A DNA stretch of 64,000 bases from Octopus vulgaris. Taxonomy: Eukaryota. Under the pieces are notes generated by a model. It had not been told where the DNA came from. It saw nothing but the letters and a program-made list of their open reading frames with translations, and searched no databases. This document shows, in pieces, positions 12,681 through 24,946 of the stretch. The translations under genes were made by a program, and so were the position numbers. Numbering within the stretch: the stretch's first letter is position 1; each line of letters begins with the position of its first letter. Where the stretch lies: positions 23,126,001 to 23,190,000 of the forward strand of contig OX597839.1 in assembly GCA_951406725.2 (NCBI GenBank), written 5' to 3'.

Positions 12681-13444
12681 TAGTTGGCCCAGAGCAATAG
12701 TAAAATAAAAGACACTTGGCAGTGAGTGGAACTGAACCTAAAACCATGTGGTTGGGAAGTGAACTCATTAACTGCATTGCCATGCCTGCACTTATAAATA
12801 GTGTTGACTGCTCTAGATTCTTTATAAGCGATTGATCTAGAATGCAACTAAGTGTATCAGGTGAAAGCAGCAGCAGCAGAAAGGAGAACAAAGAATTAGA
12901 ACTAGGACAAACCCAGAACAAAAGATGAACCCATTGTGTCAAAGAGGGGTGGAGGGGTATTTTCCATTGTAACCGAGTGGACAAACACAACAGTGAAACT
13001 GCGCAAACAATAGCCGAAGATGAAAGACTGATGACCAACCGTGTCCGTGTAAAAGGGCTGCCAGCTGGGAGCATAGAGCAGGATCAAATATTAGCCAACA
13101 TGTCGTGGGGTATCCAAAGACAACATGGTGTGAAAAATGTTGCAAGCAGTTGCTGTTAATTCCAGCTGTTGAGCCAATGTACTCTGTAGCTTGGGAGTCT
13201 GTTTACACATGCACGCACACATGCACACACACACACACACACACACGGGCGCGTGCATTGGGGTGGGGGCTGAAGGTGTAAAGGTGAGGCGGGGGGTGAG
13301 TTGGGTAGCACAGATGTAGAGATGTCTGTTTTAGAAATGATACATGAAGTTTACAGAGAAACCTACAGGGAGGAATATGAGAGCAGGAGAAAGTGAATGA
13401 AGACTCACAGTTCCTAATTTGGCCAGGTAGGGGTAAAAGGTTTG

Positions 13445-13494
<50 letters not shown>

Positions 13495-13845
13495 CGTCTG
13501 ATAATGGGCTGAAAGCTACAGGAAATGACAGACTTTTTAACTGATAATACAAGTATTACAGTACAAATAAACATTTACATTTTCTAATGTACACACACAC
13601 ATATACATAGACACACACACATATACAATGTGCACACACATGCAGGCACACAGACACACACACACACATATATACATGTGTGCACACACAATGTGTACAT
13701 ACATGCACACACACACATGTGCACATACACATGCAGGTACATGCATGAACACAAACACATACACACACATGCAAACACACACACACACATGCCCACATGC
13801 ACACACAGACATGCAGACATATGTATACACACACACACACACACA

Positions 13846-14320
13846 CAGAGGCATGCACACACACACACACACACACACACAGAGGCACGCACACACACAC
13901 ACACACAGAGGCATGCACACACACACACACACACACACAGAGGCATACACACACACACACACACACACACACAGAGGCATGCACACACACACACACACAC
14001 ACAGAGGCATGCACACACACACACACACAGAGGCATGCACACACACACACACACACACACAGAGGCATGCACACACACACACACACACACACACAGAGGC
14101 ATGCACACACACACACACACACACAGAGGCATGCACACACACACACACACACACACAGAGGCATGCACACACACACACACATACACAGAGGCATGCACAC
14201 ACACACACACACACACAGAGGCATGCAGACACACACACACACACACACAGAGGCATGCACACACACACACACACACACACACAGAGGCATGCACACACAC
14301 ACACACACACACACATGCAC
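13846..14320. repeat. Compound minisatellite [CAGAGGCATG(CA)n], about 15 units
   Basis: Constant 10-bp core separated by (CA)n tracts of variable length. Confidence 0.9.
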
Positions 14321-14639
14321 ACACACACACACACATACACATGGTAGTGTATCCAAACAAACAAAAATTAATATTTAATTCCTCGATAATTGTGGTAAAA
14401 AAAACTCGTTATCGTAATTAGTAATTTGAATTTTTGAAAATTTGTCTGAAAAATTTGTTTGAAAAAAATTTATCTGAAATAATGGTGATTTAAATTTCAA
14501 AAATATCTCCTGCTTATTTTCGTAGGGCCTGGGCAAGTAAGGGTTCATATGAACTCTTCACTCACTGTTATGAGAAAAGGATTCACAACAACAGCTCAGA
14601 TAATGTGTATTAAATGTAGGGCAAGGATCAACGGTGACA

Positions 14640-15034
14640 CGTTAGCGCGCCGGGCGAAATGCTTAGCGGTATTTCGTCTGTCGTTACGTTCTGAGTTCAA
14701 ATTCCGCCGGGGTCGACTTTGCCTTTCATCCTCTCGGGGTCGATAAATAAAGTACCAGTTACGCGCTGGGGTCGATGTAATCGACTTAATACCTATGTCT
14801 GTCCTTGTTTGTCCCCTCTGTGTTTAGCCCCTTGTGGGTAATAAAGAAATAGGTATTTCGTCTGTCGTTACGTTCTGAGTTCAAATTCCACCGGGGTCGA
14901 CTTTGCCTTTCATCCTCTCGGGTCGATAAATAAAGTACCAGTTACGCGCTGGGGTCGATGTAATCGACTTAATACCTATGTCTGTCCTTGTTTGTCCCCT
15001 CTGTGTTTAGCCCCTTGTGGGTAATAAAGAAATA
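14640..15034 (+). mobile_element. Young family B SINE, head-to-tail dimer, 7-bp TSD GGTGACA
   Basis: An approximately 184-bp unit is repeated almost identically (14668-14851, 14852-15034); GGTGACA at 14633-14639 and 15035-15041. Confidence 0.85.
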
Positions 15035-15199
15035 GGTGACATTAAAAGGAGATTTAGGGAATAACAAAGACTTCTCCCCTTTCTTCTAATCCTTTAGGGT
15101 GTCACAAGTTCAAAGCCGAACACTCACAGCAGTTCTCGTTGCTGAACATATGGCTGTTGATGAAGAATCTGTTGGAGAATTGCAGAAGTCATAAACTGG

Positions 15200-16100
15200 C
15201 ACTCGGTTGGCTGTGACAATGAAGGTGCCAGCTGATCCAATCAAGTGAACAGCTTGCTCCTGGGACTAACATGCAAGCAGCTGAGTGCTCCACAGACATG
15301 TGCACTCTTAGCATCATTGTCAGGGAGATTCAGCCAACAGGGAACGTGACATGGCTGGCCCTCTTTGAATTACATTTTTGCCAGCTGAGTAGACTGGAGC
15401 AATAAAGTGAAACAAAGTGTCTTGCTCAAGGACACAAGGCACTGCCAGGAATCGAACTCACAACCTTACAATCATGAGCCAAATACCCAGGTACTCCAAG
15501 GGTATGACAACCCTTTGATCGGCTCAAAGGAACAGCCTGCATATGAATTTAATGTACAAGTGGCTGAGTACTCCACAGACTCACATACCCTTAATGTAGT
15601 TCTCAAGGAGAGTCAGCATGATATAAAATGTAACAAGGCTGGCCCCCTTTCAATTACTGGTACAACTCATTTTTGCCAGCTGAGTGGACTGGAGCAATAA
15701 AGTGAAATAAAGTGTCTTGCTCAAGGACACAATGCACTGCCAGGAATTGAACTCACTACATTATGATTGTGAGCAGAATATTCTGGAACTTTATCAGTTA
15801 CAACAACCAGGGTTCCAGTTGATCTATTCAACAGAACATCCTGCTTGTGAAATTAACAGGCAAGTGGCTGAGTACCCCACAGACATGCATACCCTTGATG
15901 TAGTTCTCAGGAAGATTCAGCATGATACAGAATGTGACAAGGCAGGCCCCTTTTGAATTACTGGTACAATGCATTTCTGCTAGCTGAGGGGACTGGAGCA
16001 ATGTGGAATAATGTGTCTTGCTCAAGGACACAATGCAATGCCAGGAATTGAACTGACGACCTTACAATCGTGAGCCAATTACCCTAACCACTAGGCCACA
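15200..16100 (-). mobile_element. Three tandem diverged family C SINEs
   Basis: About 300-bp unit with GGACTGGAGCAAT...GTGTCTTGCTCAAGGACACAA...GCCAGGAAT(C/T)GAACT occurring three times in the same orientation. Confidence 0.8.
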
Positions 16101-16282
16101 CATCACAAAAACTTGCAAGAACTGACTTTTGTCCTAGCGCATAACTGGTATTTATTTTACAAACCCTGAAAGGATGAAGGGCAAAGTCAATCTCAGCAGA
16201 ATTTGAATTCAGAATGTAAGGATGGACAAAATGCTTCACAGCATTTTGTCATGCACCTGAGCACTGTATACAACAAACATTA

Positions 16283-16677
16283 TCTTTATATATAAAAGTG
16301 AGGTTGTGTGCTGTCTGTCTCCTACGATTTGGATTCCTAACTACTCCCACATTTTGCAGTGCAGTTTAACCAAAACCGGGTATCTTATAGTCATGATTCA
16401 TATCAAGCCCTTCTGGGTATTAGCGCGTGTCTACAATAGGACTACGATTTTAAAAATAATTTACCATCAATTTTTCCCATTTTTAACGCATTTTTGGCAT
16501 ATATAAGGGAAGTAACTCTCTAAAAATTTATTATTAAATCTCAGAACGTAAAAAGCTACAGTAACACCCCCTTTTGTGGTTAGCCATATTGAGATGGCTA
16601 TTATACTTTACATCTCTAAAAATGGTTATATAGTTATTTCCCTTACAAACCCGAGCAACGCCGGGCGATACTGCTAG
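16283..16677 (+). mobile_element. Non-autonomous Helitron
   Basis: 5' TC (TCTTTATATATAAAAG), 3' CTAG, GC-rich hairpin CCCGAGCAACGCCGGG at 16650-16665 just before the end, inserted between A and T with no TSD. Confidence 0.85.
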
Positions 16678-17394
16678 TTATTAATATTATTAAATTCCAC
16701 GGAGGTCAACTTTGCCTTTCATCTTTTTGGGGTCGTTAAAATAAGTACCTGCTAAGCACTTGGGTCAATTTAATCGATTAGCTTGAAGGTGGCGAGCTGG
16801 CAGAATCGTTAGCACGCCAGGCAAAATGTTTAGCAACATCTAATCTGTTTAGACCAGGGGTCATTTGAACTCCGTTTTCAAATCGTTGGTCTAGACATTC
16901 TGAGTTCAAATGTCACCAGGGTCGACTTTGCTTTTCATCTTTTTGGGGGTCAATAAATTAAGTACCAGTGAAACACTGAGGTCGATGTAATCGAGTAGCC
17001 CCCTCCCCCAAAATTTCAGGCTTTGTGCCTTTAGTAGAAAGGATTATCATTATTATTGTTGTTGTTGTTGTTGTATGTTTTTGCAAGCATTCAAGGGTGA
17101 AATAGTTTACTTGTTGAAGACTATTTTTGCAGCTGGATTCACTTCCGAATTCTAACCATTCAACCATGAAGAAGCAGAGAAGCAAACCTTTTCTCTTATT
17201 TCTTTCTTTCTTTCTTTTTTCTTTTTTTGTCCCAGGCAGGAAAACTGAAGTCAATACACTTAGGTACCCTTGTTTTTCAGGTGCACCCGAATAAATAATA
17301 TCATATCTGGACTTTGACAAACAAGTGGTCGCAGTCCTACAGCCTTGATCTTTTAAAACATTATGTGTGCGTGTGTATGGCCACACATGTCAAT

Positions 17395-17426
<32 letters not shown>

Positions 17427-17507
17427 GTCTATAACTCAGCTTGAACAAAATTACTAAGTGATGTCGATATCAAACAACAAACTGACCTCCAAACACACAC
17501 GTGTATA

Positions 17508-17727
17508 CACGGTTGGCCAAAAGTCACTTGACAGTAAATCAAAAACCAAGAAATTATTTTATATCAGACTTCACCAATAAATAGACAAATGTTGAAAACA
17601 TAAAAAAGTGATTTTAACTCACAGCATTTAATTATTAAACATTCATAATTGGAATGAATAAATAAAATTGAATTTTAAATATTTATGGAATTTTGATTTA
17701 CTATCAGGTGACTTTTGGCTAACCCTG
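17508..17727. mobile_element. Tc1/mariner-type MITE, TA TSD
   Basis: About 37-bp TIRs: CACGGTTGGCCAAAAGTCACTTGACAGTAAATCAAAA versus right-end reverse complement CAGGGTTAGCCAAAAGTCACCTGATAGTAAATCAAAA. Confidence 0.9.
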
Positions 17728-17728
17728 T

Positions 17729-17763
<35 letters not shown>

Positions 17764-18166
17764 CATATATTTTCCAGTATGCACCTTCCAGCAGTATTAC
17801 ATTGATATACACCCTACAACATTAATGCAACAGATGCATATATATCTCCTATACTAATAGGGTGTGTATATATATCAGTGAATGTGTTAAATTATAAGGC
17901 ACAAAAACAAAATGACTCTCCCCAGACACAACAGAATATGCTTCAACACACAAACTCACATAAAGAATCTTGCAAACCAAATCCAAAAACGAAATATATA
18001 TATGTATGAATATATATATATGTATGTATATATATGTGTGTGTGTATGTGTGTATATATAGATAGATATATATATAGGGAAAGTTTATGAAAAAAACAAA
18101 AGATGAAGACAAGTGGAGTACAAAACAAACAGATGTATTAGTATAACACTCAGGAATAGAAAAAGT

Positions 18167-18202
18167 CTTTTACGTTTCGAGCCTACGCTCCTCTACAGAA
18201 AG
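18167..18202 (-). ncRNA. Minimal type-I hammerhead ribozyme-like motif (Penelope-like element terminus)
   Basis: Minus strand CTTT-CTGTAGAG-GAGC-GTAG-GCTC-GAAACGTA-AAAG: stem I, variant core, stem II, GAAA, palindromic ACGT, GUA cleavage triplet. Confidence 0.65.
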
Positions 18203-18262
18203 GAACACAGAAAAAACAAGGAGAGAAACAAGGAGAGAAAAAAAAGGAGAGAAAAAAGGAGA

Positions 18263-18321
<59 letters not shown>

Positions 18322-18438
18322 GCAAAGATTATGGCAGCATTTACCAACTTAAACAAGGAAAGCATGCAAAAGAGTTGCAGGAGATTCCAAAGTCGTCTGG
18401 AGGCCGTGGTTGAAGCCAATGGCGATTTTATTGAATAA
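18322..18438 (+). pseudogene. C-terminal remnant of a Tc1/mariner-superfamily transposase
   Basis: AKIMAAFTNLNKESMQKSCRRFQSRLEAVVEANGDFIE* matches the typical RF..RL.AV..A.G..IE* terminus. Confidence 0.75.
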
Positions 18439-18988
18439 ACTTACTCTTTAATATTTCAAGCTGTTTTTATGTAATTTTGGTAAATATATCTGTTAAAATG
18501 AGACATCAGACAACAGTTTAATCACTGCACTATGTATGTATGTATGTATGTATGTATGTATGTATGTATGTATGATGTATGCATGTATGTATGCATGTAT
18601 GTATGTATGATGTATGCATGTATGTATGCATGTATGTATGTATGTATGTATGTATGTATGTATGTATGCATGTATGTATGCATGTATGTATGCATGTAGG
18701 TATGCATGTATGTATGTATGTATGTCACGTAAAAAGTACCATTCAAGCATGGTCAACACCAGTACCACCTAACTGGCCCACATGCCGGTGGCGCATAAAA
18801 AGCACCCACTACACTCTCAGAGTGGTTGGCATTAGGAAGGGCATCCAGCTGTAGAAAATTTGCCAGATCAAATTGGATCCTGGTGCAGCCTACTGGCTTG
18901 CCAGTCCTCAGTCAAATCGTCCAACCCATGCCAGCATGGAAAGCAGATGTTAAATGACGACGATGATATATATATGTGTGTGTGTGTG

Positions 18989-19035
<47 letters not shown>

Positions 19036-19160
19036 ACACACACACACACACACTATTACATATATATATATATATATACATACATATATATATATATTTA
19101 CACACACACATTTACACACACACAGTTACATATATATATATATATACACACACACACAGT

Positions 19161-19200
<40 letters not shown>

Positions 19201-20769
19201 TACATGCATATATATCATAGCAGGGGCCACAAAACTGATTGCATGTGTGTTTGTGTGTGTGTGTGTGTGTATGTGCTTGCATCTGTGAGTTGCGTTGTGC
19301 ATTCATTTGTACGATATTAAGAGAAAATCCGCCAGCGTGTATGTGATTAAGATGAGATAGGACACAGAGTGTAGAATGAGAGGAAGCAGGGCGGGGCAGG
19401 GCATCTGTACGAATGCAAGCAAGCATTACAGACACACGGCTTTGGCTTTCATTATACATTAGTGGAGTGGAACAGGTTCAGCTGAGCTTTCAATGGTTCT
19501 GTATATTGCGCATTAGTTCTGAGATTACATGAAAGATAATTTCCGTGATAGCATCTTCCGCATCACCTTTTTTTTTGATATTCGAAAACAATCAGGGAGC
19601 TTACATACGTATCATGCACATGCGTGTGTGTGTGTGTGTGTGTACACATACACACATATATGACATACTTATACATACAAACATATATGTACTCACACAG
19701 TCACACACACACACACACATGCATGTACACACACACACACATAAACCATCATCACCACCACCACCACCACCATTATTTTACATCTGCTTTTTCTATGCTG
19801 AAAAGGATTAAACGAAACCTTGAATAGCAAGTCTCTCGCGCTGGATGCTCTTCCCGACACTAAACCTTATCTGTTTTCCAAGTTTATAGTCATAAAGAAT
19901 GGTAGAATGAACAGCACGTTTGTTCTTGACAGTCGGGATTACAAAGGTATGATCCATTAACTGGAAGTCAGTGAAGAGTCTGGGAAAAGCGTTTGATTGC
20001 AGCCTGAGGGACATGGTATCCATGCGAGTAACCAACCAAGGGATTGATTCTGGAACAGACTGACCAACCAAGACCAGCTTCTGAGGACAAGTGAGACCAA
20101 ATAAGTAGGGCCTGGATTTACCAATATGGTATCTTCCTTCAACTGGAACTCCGGCGATCAGAAAGACAAGAGTTCCAGTTGATCTGATGAATGGAACAAC
20201 CTGCTCATGAAATTAACATGCAAGTGGCTGAGGACTCCATAAACATGTGTACCCTTAATGTAGTTTTCTGGTAGTTTTAATGCAACACAGAATGTGACAA
20301 GGCTGACCTCTTTTGAAATTGGTTACTACTCATTGAGGCCAGCTGAGTGGGCTGGAGCAATGTGAAATAAAGTGTCTTGCACAAGGTCACAACATGTCAC
20401 TGAGAATTGAACTCATGACCTTGTGATAATGAGCTGATAACCCTAATCCCTAAACCATGAATGTTCACTCCACATTTTTCCTACAGATTTTCAGGTCCCA
20501 CTTAGTTTATGAAGTCACAATGTCTATGGTTGAGGGTTTCACTGGTACTTAATTTATCGACCCTGAAAGGATAAAAGGCAAAGTCGACCTTGGCGGAATT
20601 TGAACTCAGAATGTTCAGATGGATGAAATACAGCTAAGCATTTCACCTGGCACGCTAACGATTCTACCAGCTCGCCACCTTCATCAATAATAATAATGAA
20701 GAAGATAACAATAATAATAATAATCATAAAGATTATTTTGAAGTAACATAACATTACTTTTAATTCCAG

Positions 20770-21112
20770 GTGGGAAAGTGGCTGAGTTCCTTTCGAGTGT
20801 TGGGCCTCACAGAGGCAATGACCGAGACCTTTGGCATTATGTCATGCTGCAGAAGAAGACCCATCAAGCTGAGCAAAATCACAGTCATGGCAGATACCGG
20901 TGTCATTCAAATGGTACCCGTGCTGGAGGCACGTCAAAGCACCCATTACACTCTGTAGAGTGGTTGGCATTAGGAAGGGCATCCGGCCATAGAAAACCAC
21001 GCCAAATCAGACTGGAGTCTGGTGCAGCCTTCCAGCTTACCAGCCCTGGTCAAATCATCCAACCCATGCCAGCATGGACAGCAGACATAAAATGATGATG
21101 ATGATGATGATA
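20770..21112 (+). mobile_element. RTE-clade LINE 3' end (ORF end plus 3'UTR, (TGA)n tail)
   Basis: RVLGLTEAMT / DRDLWHY remnant, then TTGGCATTAGGAAGGGCATCC...AACCCATGCCAGCATGG and (TGA)n. Homologous ends at 4.8-5.0k, 18.7-19.0k, 29.0-29.2k(-), 49.3-49.5k(-), 55.4-55.5k, 57.4-57.7k(-) and 59.7-59.9k(-). Confidence 0.8.
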
Positions 21113-21187
21113 ATGATATATATGATGGGGTCTCTTGTTATGAATGACAAGTGAGGGTTCAGTAAAATAAAGCAGTGATCTTATTCT

Positions 21188-21443
21188 ATGGACACGAATG
21201 TGTCTCTTAAGGCCTGCTGGTGCTTTGCAGACCTTTCAGCAAATGAAACAAGTTGAGGACTCAGTTTGCTTCAGTGCTTGTGGACCATTTGATATGTGTT
21301 TCCTTGAGTGGATGGCAAGGCCTGCTTTGCTTCGTGCCGCAAAAGCACAATGACATTTAGAGGAGCAGCTTGTGTGCCTGGGTGCCTTCAGGCTGGCTTA
21401 AAAGTCCGTCCCAATAGTGGAGTTGACTTTGCTCAAATCTTCC
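21188..21443 (-). pseudogene. Decayed two-C2H2 zinc-finger segment, probably the C-terminus of an RTE-like LINE
   Basis: In-frame CHCAFAARSKAGLAIHSRKH-ISNGPQALKQTESST-CFIC*KVCKAPAGLKRHIRVH (21355 to 21188). No TGEKP linker; resembles the SKAELKSHLCSH end of the 8.2-9.0k RTE fragment. Confidence 0.65.
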
Positions 21444-21829
21444 AAAGGCTCAAATCCTTCAAATCTATCCTCTTCCTCCTCCTCCCCCCCCTCCTCCCAC
21501 CACAACCACCATCTTCTTCCTCCTCCTCCTCATTTATCATCCCTTGCTGTCATGGACTGAACTGTTCGACACGAGCAGACAAGTCAGAGAACCATACCAG
21601 GTTCCTTGTCTGCTCTGGAATGGCTTCTACATCTACCCCCATTAATCTATATATATCACTGGTAATTTATCAGTTCCTGCCCCACCCCCACCTTCCGCCC
21701 CTTACAGTGGGAATATTTATTGACACAGAATATGGAATGAGCTTCGACAGGAAAAAGGATATCAGATAGTGAGAGACTTTAATTATAAACTACTTTATCT
21801 CTTGCCTCCAATCCTTGCAGGACTGTAAA

Positions 21830-21866
<37 letters not shown>

Positions 21867-21959
21867 ATCTGCTTAAATACAGTGGAAATACTAGCTGGAA
21901 TGTATATAAATATATTTTCAGACATAAACATTACATAGATTGGTAATAAACAGGGTAAA

Positions 21960-22650
<691 letters not shown>

Positions 22651-22686
22651 ATGCTTTATTTAAAAGCAGTAGAAATATAACAAAAG

Positions 22687-22724
22687 CTGTTACTCAGAGT
22701 TTCACGTTCCCATTCGTCGGACAG
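22687..22724 (-). ncRNA. Minimal type-I hammerhead ribozyme-like motif, near-intact copy
   Basis: Minus strand CTGT-CCGACGA-ATG-GGAA-CGT-GAA-ACTC-T-GAGT-A-ACAG: stem I, core (CCGACGA versus CUGANGA), GNRA-capped stem II, stem III, GUA triplet. Confidence 0.7.
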
Positions 22725-22749
22725 TTTTGTTAAAATAGAACCGAAAAAA

Positions 22750-22787
22750 CTGTCCAACGAACAGGAACGTGAAACTCTGAGTAACAG
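22750..22787 (+). ncRNA. Hammerhead-like motif, mutated mirror copy
   Basis: CTGT-CCAACGA-ACA-GGAA-CGT-GAA-ACTC-T-GAGT-A-ACAG, with a core G-to-A change and a stem II mismatch. Confidence 0.6.
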
Positions 22788-22950
22788 CTTTTGTTATATT
22801 TCTACTGCTTTTAAATAAAGCATATTACTCTACCTCTGGTATTTGAGTACACTTTTTTCCACCTTGTTTCACATTTATGCACTTACTCCGGTATACATAT
22901 ATATTTTTAGTTTCAGCTCAGAGCTGTGGCCATGCTGATGCACTGCTGTT

Positions 22951-22992
<42 letters not shown>

Positions 22993-23274
22993 TGATTGAT
23001 TGATTGATTCTAGTTTCAGCTCATGAGCTGTGGCCATGCTGGGGCACCGCCATATATATATTGTTTTATTCTTTTATTTGTTTCAGTCATTTGACAGTGG
23101 CCATGCTGGAGCATCACCTTTAGTCAAACAAACTGACCCCAGGACTTATTCTTTGTAAGCCTAGTACTTATTCTATCGGTCTCTTTCCCCGAACTGATAA
23201 TTTTCAGGGACGTAAACACACCAACAGCAGTTGTCAAATGATGGTGGGATGACAAACACAGACACACAAACACT

Positions 23275-23308
<34 letters not shown>

Positions 23309-24761
23309 CGATGGGCTTCTTTCAGTTTCCGTCTAACAAATCCACTCACGAGGCTTTGGTCGACCCAAGGCTATAGTAGAAGATACTTGCCCAAGTGAGA
23401 CTGAACCCAGGACCATGCAATTGGGAAGCAAGCTTCTTACCACACAGCCACTCCTGCACCTCTCTGTATATATAATATGTATATATAGATGTGTATCACT
23501 AATTTTGTGTGTGTGCATGTGTGTGCCAAACATATTCTCATGTATAGACAGACCCAATCATGCATGTACGCGCACACAGACACACGCATTTTTATAGACT
23601 TGGTAACACACGTGTGCTTGTCTTTGAGTATGTGTATGCTTATATGTGTGTGCATGCCTGGGTATGCATGTATGTGCATGTGTGTGTGTGTGTGTGCATG
23701 TGCTTGTATGTGTTTGTGTGCCTCTGTGCGTATGTGTGTGTGTGTGTGCATGCTTGTATGTGTTTGTGTGCTTCTGTGTGTGTATTTGTGATCATGTGCT
23801 TGTGTGTGTATGTCCTTGTATGGGTGTGTGTACACATGTGATGTATGTGTATGTGTGTGTGTGTGCTTCTATATGTGTGTACTTGTGCCTGTGTGTGCTT
23901 GTTTGTGTGTGTGTGCTAACATATATGTATGTGTATACTTGTGTGTGTGTGTGTGTGTGCATGAAAGTGAACATGTCTGAATGACTGTTTCAATATACGT
24001 AAGGCATAAAAAAAACCGAAGGGGCCATGGCCAGGCTTGTGCTAAGTGATGCAGATATCAGACGGTCAACCCTGATGGACAGAACCTCTCCACACCCCTA
24101 CGCCCCACCCCACGCCCACTCTGCTTTCTAAACTCACAATATGAAACCAGGTACGCTGCTGACCTGTGAATAAACGACTGGTAAGTTTCTACTAAACATT
24201 TTCTCCAAGGTGTTCATGGTCCTGCCAGCAGTCTTGGGAATCCTTTCTTCTAAAGGCACAAGGCCTGAAGTTCTAAGGGAGGGGCTAAGTCATTTACACC
24301 GACCCCAGTGTTTCACTGGTACTCATTTTACCGACCCTGAGAGGATGAAAAGCAAAGTCGACCTCAGCAGAATTTGAACTCAGAACGTAAGGACAGATAA
24401 AATCCTGCTAAGCATTTTGTCTGGCATGCTAACAATTCTGCCAACTTGTCACCTTCAGCTATTTCAATAATGATTCTTTCTGCTCAAGGCACAAAGCCTG
24501 AAAATTGGAGTGGGCCGACGGCAGGTGTTTGCCGATTATATCAACCCTAATGCATAATTGCCACTTAATGCACTGACCCCAGAATGTAAAGATAGCAAAT
24601 TTCTCTGAAGGAATTGGGCCAATCAAGGCTGAATGTGAAAAGACATTGGCCCAATGTCATGAAGTAGGATTGAACTCAGATCAGCAACATTTCAAGACTA
24701 TCTTCAGAACCACACAATTATGCATGCACTTTTAATTAATTGATTAAATTACCAAAATAAT

Positions 24762-24946
24762 GTGTCTTGGGAGGGTCATTATGCCAATAATAATAAACAC
24801 ATGCACTGGTTCGCAATCACTTCTTTATTGTTAGTCGGTCGGCTAATTGGTTGGTTGGTTGGTTTATAAAGGAGTAACAATAAAGAAGTGATATTGAATC
24901 AGTGCATGTACTTATTATTATTGATGCAATGACCCTCCCAAGACAC
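24762..24946. repeat. Imperfect inverted repeat, 72-bp arms
   Basis: 24762-24833 is the approximate reverse complement of 24875-24946; the right arm continues into a repeat also present at about 17915-17995. Confidence 0.85.

Noticed and set aside
13846-14320. Repeat-spacer pattern resembling a CRISPR array
   Set aside because: The repeat is only 10 bp, the spacers are all (CA)n, there are no cas genes and the DNA is eukaryotic; it is a compound minisatellite.
13537-14421. Long ORFs of CV/HT/YI dipeptides and poly-H/P/M/I/K (also 1.7k, 2.8k, 21.8k, 41.8k, 46k, 49k, 52.7k, 53.5k, 63.4k)
   Set aside because: These are stop-free translations of microsatellites, open in several frames and on both strands.
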